Shown: positions 10,563 through 19,909 of the stretch, in pieces
Layout: every line of letters starts with the position of its first letter
Numbering within the stretch: position 1 is the first letter of the stretch
Origin: Candidatus Sericytochromatia bacterium
GTDB taxonomy: Bacteria; Cyanobacteriota; Sericytochromatia; S15B-MN24; UBA4093
NCBI GenBank assembly: GCA_036676985.1
Contig: JAKFBU010000023.1
Location: 192,001 to 256,000, forward strand
DNA length: 64,000 nucleotides
Direction of reading: 5' to 3'
Notes under the pieces: model-generated
Told to the model about the DNA's origin: nothing
Database searches by the model: none
The model's input: the letters and a program-made list of their open reading frames with translations, nothing else
Translations under genes and position numbers: made by a program

Positions 10563-10738
10563 AGCTTTTGATAAATAGACGACGGCGTATATTTGTATCA
10601 AAATTTAATGACGATCTGATGTGACTTGATAGCGGCTTAAGGCTCCGCAAAGGATTCGACCTGAAAACGGAGCTATGTATATACATCACAAGGAACCCCC
10701 AACTTCCATGTCAAGCTACTCACGAAAGGAGGAGGCCC

Positions 10739-10939
10739 ATGAAAGCCACCGTTGCTTTGGCGTGCCTGCTGACGGCGATCGCGTCCGGGTTGGTCACTGG
10801 CTGCGCGACGGCTCCCGCGGCCGTTGCGCCCTTACAGGGAAGCACGGTCCGGGAGGACAGGCCCGCCATGCAGGCCCCTCCACAGGGCGATCGGAAGACG
10901 CAAGGCGCGCGGATCGGCACGGCGTCGCGGCTCGGCTGA
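10739..10939 (+). CDS. Small lipoprotein (66 aa)
   Basis: Strong SD AAAGGAGGAGG; hydrophobic signal ending VTGC; followed by hairpin. Confidence 0.65.
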   Translation: MKATVALACLLTAIASGLVTGCATAPAAVAPLQGSTVREDRPAMQAPPQGDRKTQGARIGTASRLG

Positions 10940-10940
10940 T

Positions 10941-10974
10941 GACGAACGGGGGAGGCGAGCCTCCCCCGTTCGTC
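10941..10974. terminator. Hairpin, probable terminator
   Basis: GACGAACGGGGGAGG / CCTCCCCCGTTCGTC perfect stem. Confidence 0.55.
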
Positions 10975-11084
10975 TGGGCGCTTGGAACGAGGCAAACAAG
11001 CGGCGAAAGGGGGAACGGGCCAGATAGCTTGCGGATTGGCCCCATGGGCGGTATCGTCTCTTTGCCCCTTGACGGAGGATGCCC

Positions 11085-12227
11085 ATGAAACGCCCATCCA
11101 TCGCCATTTCACTTGGATTACCCCTGGCCGTCCTGCTCGGTTGCACCCCCCTTGCGACCACCCCCCAGGCGGGCTCCTCGCCGGCCCCCACGCCGACCGG
11201 GACGGCGTCCGGTGGTGGCGGTTACGGGCAGTTCGCGCTCTCCTGGAAGCGGGACTTGTCGGCTCGGGCTCAGGGCGTGGCCGTCGTGCCCTCGGGTGAC
11301 GTCTACCTGAGCGTCAACGCCTCCTATGCCGACGGGGATCCGTTCGAGGAGGGTGGGGGCGCCATGGTCTTCTCGCCCACGGGCACCAAGCTCGCGGACG
11401 TCCCCACGATCTTGCCACTCGCCTTCGAGGGGGCCACCCGCATGGTCTTCGCGCCACGGGCCCCGCGCGTGGCCTCGGGCAGCGTGTACCTCGGCAACTA
11501 CAACTGGGGCCTGTTCGGGATCAATCCCAGCAACCGCTCGGCCACCCAAATCGCCGTCAACCTGAACGACCTCTCGACGAGCATCACGGGCCTGGACGCC
11601 AACAGCGGCCTATCGGCGGACGGCACGCGGGCCTACCTCACGGGCACCAAGCTCTACGTCCTCAACCTCCAGAGCGGCGTGATGGAGCGGGCGGTGGACT
11701 TCGGGCGCTACGTCCGGCAGATCGTGCCGGCGTCGGGCTCCGTTCACCTGGTCAACCTCACCGAGAACCTGGACTCCGAGGGTACACTCGCCCTGTGGAA
11801 CGCGGAGACCGACACCCGGACGACCTTCGAGGTCGACCACCCGGTGCGCGGCATCGCCGCGCGGGATGACTGGGCCGTGGGCGTGGTGGAGACGGGTCTC
11901 ACCGATTACCGGGTGGTCCAGTGGGACCTCTCCAAGACCCCGCCCGTCGAGAAGGACCTCGGCGGCTTCCGCATGTCGGGCGGCAACGACTTGAGCATGG
12001 CCCTTCGCCCGGGTAAACGACAAGTAGCCATCGGGACAGCGGGCATCCAGGCGGTGACGGACAGCTCCATCACGGTCCTGACCGGGAGCACGGTCTTCAT
12101 CGACGCCGACCAGGGAACCATCGGGCGGGCGGATACCAGCAGCGTCCAGGGTCTGACGTTCAGCCCCAATGGCGGCATGCTCTACGTGGCGGATACCGGA
12201 GGTCTCAAGGCTTTTGCCCTACCTTAA
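11085..12227 (+). CDS. Lipoprotein, probable beta-propeller (YVTN/YncE-like)
   Basis: Lipobox LLGC, Pro/Thr linker, blade motifs SADGTRAYL and FSPNGGMLYVAD. Confidence 0.7.
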   Translation: MKRPSIAISLGLPLAVLLGCTPLATTPQAGSSPAPTPTGTASGGGGYGQFALSWKRDLSARAQGVAVVPSGDVYLSVNASYADGDPFEEGGGAMVFSPTGTKLADVPTILPLAFEGATRMVFAPRAPRVASGSVYLGNYNWGLFGINPSNRSATQIAVNLNDLSTSITGLDANSGLSADGTRAYLTGTKLYVLNLQSGVMERAVDFGRYVRQIVPASGSVHLVNLTENLDSEGTLALWNAETDTRTTFEVDHPVRGIAARDDWAVGVVETGLTDYRVVQWDLSKTPPVEKDLGGFRMSGGNDLSMALRPGKRQVAIGTAGIQAVTDSSITVLTGSTVFIDADQGTIGRADTSSVQGLTFSPNGGMLYVADTGGLKAFALP

Positions 12228-13035
12228 TCCCAGGCTCCTCGCTTCCCTGATGGCCCTCTGCACCCTTACCGGCTGCATGGGGCTCGGCAAGGGCTCCTTC
12301 GACTCGACGACGGGCGCCGACGGCGCCCTCAAGGCGAGCGACGCCGCCTCGCACTCCAAGGCGCACCTGAGGCGCGAGGGGAGCGAGGTCCTCGTGCAGG
12401 ACGCCTACCGCTTCGACCTCGCCACGCTCGTCGAGGTGGACGAGGGCTACGTGCCGGGCCACAACCCCGACGAGGGACAGCAGACCAAAGATGAGACGAT
12501 CATCTCCATGGCGATCCATGGGGCCTTCGGCATGGGGACCTTCAACCCCGTCCTCGACAAGATCGACAGTCCCTGGGCCAAGGACGTCATGGCCCATACG
12601 CGCATCGGGCGCCCTTTCCTGGTGCGCTCGCTCAGCCCCAAGCGCGACGACTACTACGTCGTCCCGGTCCTCTTCAAGAGTCGCTGGGGCGTGGCGAACC
12701 ACGTGGGCGTCACGCCGCGCGGGACCTACTACAGCAACGGCTTCACCGTCCCCAACATGCCCCTCGAAAAGGCGGGCAGCGGGACGGCATTTGGCCGGAA
12801 GAACCTGGACCAGCTCATCGCGCGCCTCGGCTCGCCGACCGAGCCTCCCCAGCGGGTCTGGCTGGAGACGGATCCCCCGCAGGAGGATGCCGTGCTCGGC
12901 TATTGCTGGCTCGTGAAGGCAGGAGGCGAGGTCCGGGTGTACGACACCAAGGGGCGTTCGGGCCGTCTGAGTGCCGAACAAGCAGCCAAACTCAGGACCG
13001 GGCAGCCCCTCGACGGCGCCATTCGGCTCCAATAA
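12214..13035 (+). CDS. Hypothetical lipoprotein
   Basis: GGAGG then TTG; lipobox LTGC; overlaps end of upstream gene. Confidence 0.65.
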   Translation: MPYLNPRLLASLMALCTLTGCMGLGKGSFDSTTGADGALKASDAASHSKAHLRREGSEVLVQDAYRFDLATLVEVDEGYVPGHNPDEGQQTKDETIISMAIHGAFGMGTFNPVLDKIDSPWAKDVMAHTRIGRPFLVRSLSPKRDDYYVVPVLFKSRWGVANHVGVTPRGTYYSNGFTVPNMPLEKAGSGTAFGRKNLDQLIARLGSPTEPPQRVWLETDPPQEDAVLGYCWLVKAGGEVRVYDTKGRSGRLSAEQAAKLRTGQPLDGAIRLQ

Positions 13036-13123
13036 ACCCGAAGAGACGATGCGTTCATCTACATGAAATATTTCGAGGGCATACTGTCCTCAGGAACCCC
13101 TGCCTGGCACCTGGAGGTCGCCC

Positions 13124-13357
13124 ATGATCATCATCGTGAACGAAATCGCCTACGAAGTGACGCCCACCCCGGGAGGTCTCATCTTCGAGTTGCCGGACGG
13201 TGATCGCCAGGCCTTCATCCCCTGGGCGCGGGTCATGGAGCATGCCTTCCCCATGGAGCCCGGCGAGCACACGGACCACATCCTCGAGGGATCGCTGAGC
13301 GTGCCCGAGTACCTGGCCGGCATGGAACCCCACGGCAAGCCCACCCTCGTTCGATGA
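13124..13357 (+). CDS. Hypothetical protein (77 aa)
   Basis: GGAGG SD, high-GC3 codon usage, fills gap. Confidence 0.6.
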   Translation: MIIIVNEIAYEVTPTPGGLIFELPDGDRQAFIPWARVMEHAFPMEPGEHTDHILEGSLSVPEYLAGMEPHGKPTLVR

Positions 13358-13373
13358 GCACCTTAGGCGCTCA

Positions 13374-14198
13374 CTAGTCCTTGACGGCCCCCTCCAGGAG
13401 GCCGCGGATGAAGTAACGCTGACCCGCAACGAAGACCGCGATGGCCGGAATGACGGCGATCGCGGTTGCTGCCATGAGCAGGCCCCAGTCCGTGACCTCC
13501 TTCATGGAGGCCCGGAAGGCCGCGAGGCCCACGGGCAGGGTGCGCACGGCGTCCGAGTGCGTGACGACGAGCGGCCAGAGGAAGGTGTTCCAGGACGCCA
13601 GGAACTCGAAGATGGCGAGCGTCGCGATGGCGGGCAGCGCCGTTGGCAGGGCCACCCGCCAGTAGAGGTCCCACGGGCTGCAACCGTCGATGCGCGCCGC
13701 GTCCTCCAGCTCCGACGGCAGGTTGAGGAACCATTGCCGGAAGAGGAAGATGCCGAACGCCCCCGACAGTCCCGGCAGGATGAGCGCCTGGTAGGTATCC
13801 ACCCAGCCGAGCGTCGAGATGAGCGCGAACAAGGGCACCAGGTTGATATAGATGGGCACCATCATGGTCGCGAGCACGGCGAAGAACAGGGTGTTGCGCC
13901 CCTTGAAGCGCAGCCGCGCGAAGGCGAAGCCCGCCATGGAGCCCGTGACCACCTGGCCAACGACCGTGAGCACGGCGACCAGTAGGCTGTTCAGGAAGTA
14001 GCGGACGATGGGCGTCTCGGTGAGGGCCTTACGATAGTTCTCGAGCGTCGCCGGGCGCGGCCACCACTCGGGCGGGTAGGCGACGGTCTGGGCGTAGGTC
14101 ATGAGCGACGTGCCGGCCATCAGGAGGAAGGGGGCCGCCATGAGCACCGCTCCGATGGCGAGCACCAGGGTCGCAAGCCCGGTCTTGGACTTCATCAT
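13374..14198 (-). CDS. Carbohydrate ABC permease (MalG-like)
   Basis: EAA motif ELEDAARIDGC, WNTFLWPL; ATGA overlap with upstream permease. Confidence 0.92.
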   Translation of the reverse strand: MMKSKTGLATLVLAIGAVLMAAPFLLMAGTSLMTYAQTVAYPPEWWPRPATLENYRKALTETPIVRYFLNSLLVAVLTVVGQVVTGSMAGFAFARLRFKGRNTLFFAVLATMMVPIYINLVPLFALISTLGWVDTYQALILPGLSGAFGIFLFRQWFLNLPSELEDAARIDGCSPWDLYWRVALPTALPAIATLAIFEFLASWNTFLWPLVVTHSDAVRTLPVGLAAFRASMKEVTDWGLLMAATAIAVIPAIAVFVAGQRYFIRGLLEGAVKD

Positions 14199-15082
14199 GC
14201 CTCCTCCTGGTGGCTGAGGCGCCGCCTTGCCCACCACTGCAGGCCCGTGAGGGCCACCAGCACCGCGAAGAGGATGTAGGCCAACGCGGACGCCTTGCCG
14301 AGCTTGAAGTACGTGAAGGCGTTCTGGAACAGCCAGAACCCGATGATGGTCGTCGAGCGGTGCGGCCCGCCCTCGGTCATCAGGTAGACGGTGTCGAAGG
14401 TCTGGAAGGCCCGGATGGTCGCCATCATGACGACCATGACGAGCGTCGGCCCCAAGAGGGGCAGGGCCACGAAGCGGAAGCGCTGCCAGGCGTTGGCGCC
14501 GTCGAGGCTCGCCGCCTCCAGCTGCTGGCCCGGCACGGCCTGCAGGCCCGCGAGGAAGAGCAGCATGTCGTAGCCGAGGTTCTTCCAGACGCTCACCATC
14601 ACGAGCGACGGCAGGGCCCAGCGCGAGTCGCTCAGCCAACGGATCGGATCGACGTGGAAAACCCCGAGCAGCGCGTTCAGAAGGCCGAAGCGCGGGTCGA
14701 AGATCCAGCTCCAGAGGATGGCGCCCGCCACCATGGAGGTCACGACCGGCATGAAGTAGGCCGTCCGGTAGAGGGACTGAAAGCGCACCTTCTGGTTGAG
14801 GGCGATCGCAAGCCCCAGGGCCAATGCCACGTCGAAGACCAGGTAGAGGAGCACGAAGGCGCCCGTCTGGAGCATCACGCGGTAGAAGAGCGGGTCTCTT
14901 GCCAGGTCCTGGTAGTTGGCGAGCCCCACCCACTTGGGCGCGCCGAGCAGGTCCCACTGGGTGAAGCTGAGGACGAACGAGCCCAGGGTCGGCAGGACCG
15001 TGAAGAGGCCGATCCCGAAGAGGGCCGGGAGGAGGAGCCAAAAGGCCCAGCGCGATTCCGCGCGTCGCAAGGGGGCGCTCAC
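14195..15082 (-). CDS. Carbohydrate ABC permease (MalF-like)
   Basis: WVGLANY, EAASLDGA; GTGA overlap with binding-protein gene. Confidence 0.92.
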   Translation of the reverse strand: MSAPLRRAESRWAFWLLLPALFGIGLFTVLPTLGSFVLSFTQWDLLGAPKWVGLANYQDLARDPLFYRVMLQTGAFVLLYLVFDVALALGLAIALNQKVRFQSLYRTAYFMPVVTSMVAGAILWSWIFDPRFGLLNALLGVFHVDPIRWLSDSRWALPSLVMVSVWKNLGYDMLLFLAGLQAVPGQQLEAASLDGANAWQRFRFVALPLLGPTLVMVVMMATIRAFQTFDTVYLMTEGGPHRSTTIIGFWLFQNAFTYFKLGKASALAYILFAVLVALTGLQWWARRRLSHQEEA

Positions 15083-16311
15083 CGGTTGTCCTCCCGCAAG
15101 AGCGCGTCGATGCGCCGGACGATGGGCCGCAGCGTCTCCTCGAGCCCCTGCTCGCCGTTCCACGCGGGCGTCAGGCCGTCGATGAGCTCGTACTGGATCT
15201 CGTCATAGGAGGGCGAGGTCCGGGTCGGCCGGGACTGGGCCACCACGTCCAGGAACACGCGGCTGGAGGCGGGTGGTCCCGACATGAAGGCCGGGGAGTT
15301 GGCCACGTCCGGGCGGCTCGGCACGATGAGGCCGCTCTCGGTGAAGGCGGCGATCGCCTTCTTGCTCGCCATGAAGCGGATCAGGCGCCAGGCCTTCTCG
15401 GGCTCCTTGCAGCTCTTGGAGATGCTCCAGCCCGAGGAGTCGGCATCGACCACCGAGCCCACCTTGCCCGCGGGGAAGGGGGCCACGTCCCACGGGAAGT
15501 CCAGCTTCTTGCGGAAGCCCGGCACCACCCAGCGACCGCCCACCATCATGGCGAGCTTGCCTTGGGCGAAGAGCTGGCTCGGGCGGGCGTTGCCCACCTC
15601 GGCCTCTGTCGGGGCCACGTGATGCTTGAAGCGCAGGTCGTGATAGCGCTGCAGGGCCGCGAGGCTCTCGGGCTCCAGCAGCGTGCTGCGGCGCGCCTCG
15701 GGATCCATCACGTCCCCGCCGTCGCTCCAGAGGTAGGGCAACCAGTAGAGCGGATACGGCGAGAAGCCGATGCCCCACTGCACATCCTTGCGGGTCAGGC
15801 GCCCGGCCTTGGCGACCATGTCCTCGTAGGTCCAGCCGGCCTCGGGATAGGGGACGCCCGCCGCGTCGAAGAGCTTGCGGTTGTAAAAGATGACGAGGTT
15901 CGAGAGGTCGCGCGGGATGCCGTAAAGGGTGCCCTTCCAGGACATGGCGTCCAGGACCGGCTGGTAGAAGTCACTTTCTTTGAGCTCGGGGTCCTTGGCG
16001 AGGAAGGGGCCCAGGTCGCGCAGCACGCCGCGGTTGGCGAAGCCCGGCAGGGTCTGACTCTCCATGAAGAGCACGTCCGGCATGGTGCGGGAGGCCGCCA
16101 GGAGGCGCACCTTGTGCGGGTACTCGTCCGGTATGTGGATGAGCTTGACCGGGACGTCCGGATTCTCGCGCTCGAACTCGGCCAGGAGCGGCTTGAGGGT
16201 CTCGATCTCGTCGATGGACCCCCAGGTGGAGAACGTGATCGCCTCGCTGCCCGGCCGCGCGCATGCGGCCAGCAACATCGTGGTCAGCAGCACGATCCCC
16301 TTGCGTAGCAC
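15079..16311 (-). CDS. Sugar ABC substrate-binding lipoprotein
   Basis: Lipobox LAAC; LYGIP, FYNRKLF motifs; operon with two permeases. Confidence 0.9.
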   Translation of the reverse strand: MLRKGIVLLTTMLLAACARPGSEAITFSTWGSIDEIETLKPLLAEFERENPDVPVKLIHIPDEYPHKVRLLAASRTMPDVLFMESQTLPGFANRGVLRDLGPFLAKDPELKESDFYQPVLDAMSWKGTLYGIPRDLSNLVIFYNRKLFDAAGVPYPEAGWTYEDMVAKAGRLTRKDVQWGIGFSPYPLYWLPYLWSDGGDVMDPEARRSTLLEPESLAALQRYHDLRFKHHVAPTEAEVGNARPSQLFAQGKLAMMVGGRWVVPGFRKKLDFPWDVAPFPAGKVGSVVDADSSGWSISKSCKEPEKAWRLIRFMASKKAIAAFTESGLIVPSRPDVANSPAFMSGPPASSRVFLDVVAQSRPTRTSPSYDEIQYELIDGLTPAWNGEQGLEETLRPIVRRIDALLREDNR

Positions 16312-16366
16312 CCTTACTCCTTCTATGATCGGCTCGTAGCGCCCCACTTCACGTGATGGAGGCCCT

Positions 16367-17362
16367 GTGGACACGCCGCTCAAACCACCACGGCGCCCCG
16401 AACTCGACCTGATTCCCTATCGGCCTGAATTGGCCTCGGATCTGCTCGCCGTCTGGCATTCGGCCACCGGCGATCGCTACCCCATTATGCCCGCCCTGTG
16501 GGAGGCCAACACGCTCGGGGATCCCAGCTTCCAGTGCGAAGACCTCCTGGTCGCGCGGCAGGACGGCGCCATCGCGGGCTTTGCGCTCACGAAGCGCTTT
16601 CGAGAGGAGGCCGTCACATGCGAGCGCTTCGAATCCATCGGCTACCTGGCTTTGATGGCCGTCGCGCCGGGCTTCCAGCGACAGGGTCTGGGCGCTGACT
16701 TGCTTGCCGCCGCAGAAGCCAAGCTCCGCGCCGACGGGGCCGAAAAGGTCGTGCTCGGCGGCAGCTTCCACCACTTCATGCCGGGCGTACCCACGAACTG
16801 GACGGACGCCATGGTCTGCTTCGCGCGGGCAGGCTACGCCATGGGCCGGGAGTTCGTGGACGTACGCCGGGACCTGGCCACAGGCGACCCGTTGCCGGAC
16901 GTCGCGGAGACGCTCGCGGCGCGTCCCCACGTCACGCTCCGCCCCTACCGGGAGGGCGAGGCCAATCCCCTCATGAAGTTCCTGCTCGCCAACTTCCCGG
17001 GCCGCTGGTCCCGGGACGTGGGGCACTACCTGGATGCGGGCGGGGACATCGGATCGATCATGGGCCTCTTCGTCGACGGCGTGCCGCGCGGCTTCGCCTT
17101 GCTGCACCCGCCGGGCTCCGTCGGGGCGCTGCGCTGGGCGGGCTTCAACCCGACCGTTTCGGCCCTGGGCCCCATCGGCGTCGGCAAGATCGTCCAGGGC
17201 CACGGCCTCGGCCTCGCGCTCCTCGTGAAGGGCCTCGAACACCTCCAGGCCATGGGGGCCCAGGACACCGTCATCGACTGGACCGACCTCCTCGCCTTCT
17301 ACGGCAAGTGCGGGTTCCAGCCCTTCCTGCGCTACACCCTCGGCGAGAAGGGCCTCCGTTGA
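16367..17362 (+). CDS. Tandem GNAT acetyltransferase
   Basis: Two acetyl-CoA motifs (QRQGLG, QGHGLG), FYGKCGF. Confidence 0.85.
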   Translation: MDTPLKPPRRPELDLIPYRPELASDLLAVWHSATGDRYPIMPALWEANTLGDPSFQCEDLLVARQDGAIAGFALTKRFREEAVTCERFESIGYLALMAVAPGFQRQGLGADLLAAAEAKLRADGAEKVVLGGSFHHFMPGVPTNWTDAMVCFARAGYAMGREFVDVRRDLATGDPLPDVAETLAARPHVTLRPYREGEANPLMKFLLANFPGRWSRDVGHYLDAGGDIGSIMGLFVDGVPRGFALLHPPGSVGALRWAGFNPTVSALGPIGVGKIVQGHGLGLALLVKGLEHLQAMGAQDTVIDWTDLLAFYGKCGFQPFLRYTLGEKGLR

Positions 17363-18420
17363 GCCATCCGACCATCGATCCGGCCGCTCTCGGCGCCGTC
17401 CTCGCGCACCACCCCGACCTGGGGGAGCTGCGGGGGATCGGCCGGAACGGCCTGAGCGTCAACACGGCGACCTGCCTGTTCGAGACGGCGCGGGGCCCGT
17501 ACTTCGCCAAGGCCTACGATCCCTTGCAACGCGAGCCCATGGGCATCCTCGCCGAACATGCGCTGGTCGGACACCTGGTCGAGGGCGGCTTTCCGACGCC
17601 CCGCCTGCTGATGAACGCTGCCGGGACGACCGTCACCTGGCACGAGGGCCTCGCCTTCGTCCTCTCCGAGGTTGCCCGCGGGGAGGATCGCTACGGGAGC
17701 GTGGGGGTGTTCGAGCCGTTCGGAACGCTGCCAGAGGCGCGCTCGGCGGGGGCTGCCCTCGCCCGCTTCCACCTGGCCCTCGCCGACGGACCTCGGCTGG
17801 CTCCCAAGCCCTTCCGCGGCCTGACGGCGCGCTACGAGCTCATGGCCGCGCCGAGCCTCCGCTCGGGCATCGACGGCCTCCTGGAGGCAGCCCCCTTGCT
17901 CGAGGCGTTCCTCGACGAGCAGCAGACGATGAAGGGCCTCATGGACTTCCTGGAGCTGCGGCAGCCGCTCGTCGCGCCGCACCTGGCGGCGTTGCCGTGC
18001 GGCCTCATCCACGGGGACTTCATCAAGCGCAACCTGTTCTGGCGGGAACACGAGGTCTCGGACGTCATCGACTTCGACCTGTGGAACGTGGGCTACTGGG
18101 TCTACGACCTGGCGCTCGCCCTTTTGCCGTGCGGCTTCGACTGGCCGGCCTTGCTGAAGGGGACGGGAACGCCCCGCCTTCAGGACATGGAGGCCATGCT
18201 CGCGGGCTACCAGTCGGTGCGGCGGCTCTCGCCCGCCGAGGCGGCCGTCCTGCCCCTTGTCATGGAGACGGCCCGGGTCGAGTTCTACCTGGGAGCAATC
18301 GCCACCCAGGCCGCGCGCGGCGACCATGCCCAGGCCGAACGCTTCCGCACCCTGCTGATGGACACCACGCGCTGGTTCCATGCGCATCCGGAGTGGTCCT
18401 GGGATCTCCACTACGCCTAA
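17359..18420 (+). CDS. APH/homoserine kinase type II-like phosphotransferase
   Basis: HGDFIKRN, IDFD, YDLA; TTG start overlaps GNAT stop. Confidence 0.85.
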   Translation: MSHPTIDPAALGAVLAHHPDLGELRGIGRNGLSVNTATCLFETARGPYFAKAYDPLQREPMGILAEHALVGHLVEGGFPTPRLLMNAAGTTVTWHEGLAFVLSEVARGEDRYGSVGVFEPFGTLPEARSAGAALARFHLALADGPRLAPKPFRGLTARYELMAAPSLRSGIDGLLEAAPLLEAFLDEQQTMKGLMDFLELRQPLVAPHLAALPCGLIHGDFIKRNLFWREHEVSDVIDFDLWNVGYWVYDLALALLPCGFDWPALLKGTGTPRLQDMEAMLAGYQSVRRLSPAEAAVLPLVMETARVEFYLGAIATQAARGDHAQAERFRTLLMDTTRWFHAHPEWSWDLHYA

Positions 18421-18466
18421 AAAAGGAAGCGGGCCCCCCGAATTCGGGGGGCCCGCCTAGTCTTTT
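18421..18466. terminator. Bidirectional terminator
   Basis: GCGGGCCCCCCG-AATT-CGGGGGGCCCGC flanked by A/T tracts between convergent genes. Confidence 0.75.
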
Positions 18467-18472
18467 CCTCGC

Positions 18473-19744
18473 TTACTTCTTGGTGAAGGCCTTGAGGAAG
18501 TCCTTCCAGCCCTCGTTGGCGAAGGCGATGGCGTTCGGGTCGTTGTACTTGGCGTTGAACATCTGGTTGGCGTTCGGGAAGTACACGACGATGCCCGAGG
18601 CGTTGGCGCACTTGCCGGCGTGGGTCTCGCTCACGACGGTCGCCGAGACGGCGGCCTGGACGTCGGCAGCGGCGGCCTTGAGGCCGGCCGAGGCATTGCT
18701 GCCCTGGAGCTGCTTGGCGAAGTGGCCGAGGTCGGCGCAGTCCTTGTTGTAGAAGGACTGGGTGGTGCCGCGCACCTGCTGGATGGTGGCCTTCTCGCTA
18801 CCGAGCGCGCCGCTGAGGGCGGTCGCGAAGTTGTTCATCGCGGGGACGAGCTTGGTGGTCAGGGCCTTGATGTCCATCACCGAGAGGGTGATGTCCTGGG
18901 AGCGACCGCCGGGGTTCTGCGAACCACCCGACGCGTAGCTCTGGGCGTAGCTCTGGACGAGCGCGGTGCCCAGCTGGGCGGGCGACGTGCCGCGGTTCAC
19001 GTTCTGGAGCCAGAGGTTGTAATCCCAGCCGGCGCCCGGCTCGAGCTCCTCGGAGGCGACCAGGTAATCGGCATAGCCCTTCATCTGGTAGCTGATCTCG
19101 GCATGGGCCATCAAGCAGGCGTCGAAGCCGACCATGTCGATGGGCTGACCCGCCTTCTTGGCGATCGAGGGGATGAGCGTCGACAGGTCGCTCGTGTTCA
19201 TGTGGCTGCCGTTGTCATCCCAGCCGAAGCCCTTGGTCGTGTCGAAGAAGGTGTTCTGGACGCCCTTGCGGAAGATGCCCGAGCCGTGGTCCCAGAAGCT
19301 GACCATGTAGTGCTGCGCGGGGTACTTCTGGACGGCCCACTCGCCGAACTGCTGGACGATCTTCACGTCGCCCGAGTCGATCTCCTTGGAGGCGGGGATG
19401 AAGGGCGCATCCACGGCGGTCGAGACGAGGGTCGCGTTCTTGCCGTTGGCGTCGCGCTTCATCTCGTACACGGCCGAGTCACCCTGCTTGGTACCGTCGA
19501 AGAGCACGATGACGTTGACGTCATCCGGGTTGATGCCGGCCTCGATCTCGTTGAGGTCCTGGAGGCCGAACGAGTAGAGGTTGTTGTCGGCGGCCAGGTG
19601 AACCAGGATCGTCCACTTCTTGGCGTTCTTCGGCAGCACCCGCTTGGCGCCGAACTTCGGGGTGTCATTGGAGAGGGTGGGGGCGGTGAGACCGCAACCA
19701 GCCAAGAGGGTACCCGCCGCCACGAGGGCCAACAGCTTCTTCAT
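18473..19744 (-). CDS. Clostripain-family (C11) cysteine peptidase lipoprotein
   Basis: Lipobox LAGC; AADNNL, WDHGSG, FDACLM, ASEELEP. Confidence 0.9.
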   Translation of the reverse strand: MKKLLALVAAGTLLAGCGLTAPTLSNDTPKFGAKRVLPKNAKKWTILVHLAADNNLYSFGLQDLNEIEAGINPDDVNVIVLFDGTKQGDSAVYEMKRDANGKNATLVSTAVDAPFIPASKEIDSGDVKIVQQFGEWAVQKYPAQHYMVSFWDHGSGIFRKGVQNTFFDTTKGFGWDDNGSHMNTSDLSTLIPSIAKKAGQPIDMVGFDACLMAHAEISYQMKGYADYLVASEELEPGAGWDYNLWLQNVNRGTSPAQLGTALVQSYAQSYASGGSQNPGGRSQDITLSVMDIKALTTKLVPAMNNFATALSGALGSEKATIQQVRGTTQSFYNKDCADLGHFAKQLQGSNASAGLKAAAADVQAAVSATVVSETHAGKCANASGIVVYFPNANQMFNAKYNDPNAIAFANEGWKDFLKAFTKK

Positions 19745-19797
19745 GAACCTAGCGCACTCCTATTACAACGAGAGGGAGGACTGTCTGTAACGTCGGG

Positions 19798-19826
19798 TTT
19801 AACCTTCGTTAAACCGAACTTAACCA
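19798..19826. promoter_or_regulatory. Three TTAACC-type direct repeats at 10-11 bp period, candidate OmpR/PhoB-family site
   Basis: TTTAACCT(19798) TTAAACCG(19809) CTTAACCA(19819). Confidence 0.45.
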
Positions 19827-19909
19827 TAACAGTACAGGATCCCTCGGAAGTGCGCTAGCCCTTTATGAAAGAAAAAGGAAGTTTTAATTCTGATTTAATA
19901 ATCGGTCGA

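Noticed and set aside
10640-10675. c-di-GMP-I riboswitch (GCAAA and GAAA elements)
   Set aside because: Required two-stem architecture and consensus not met
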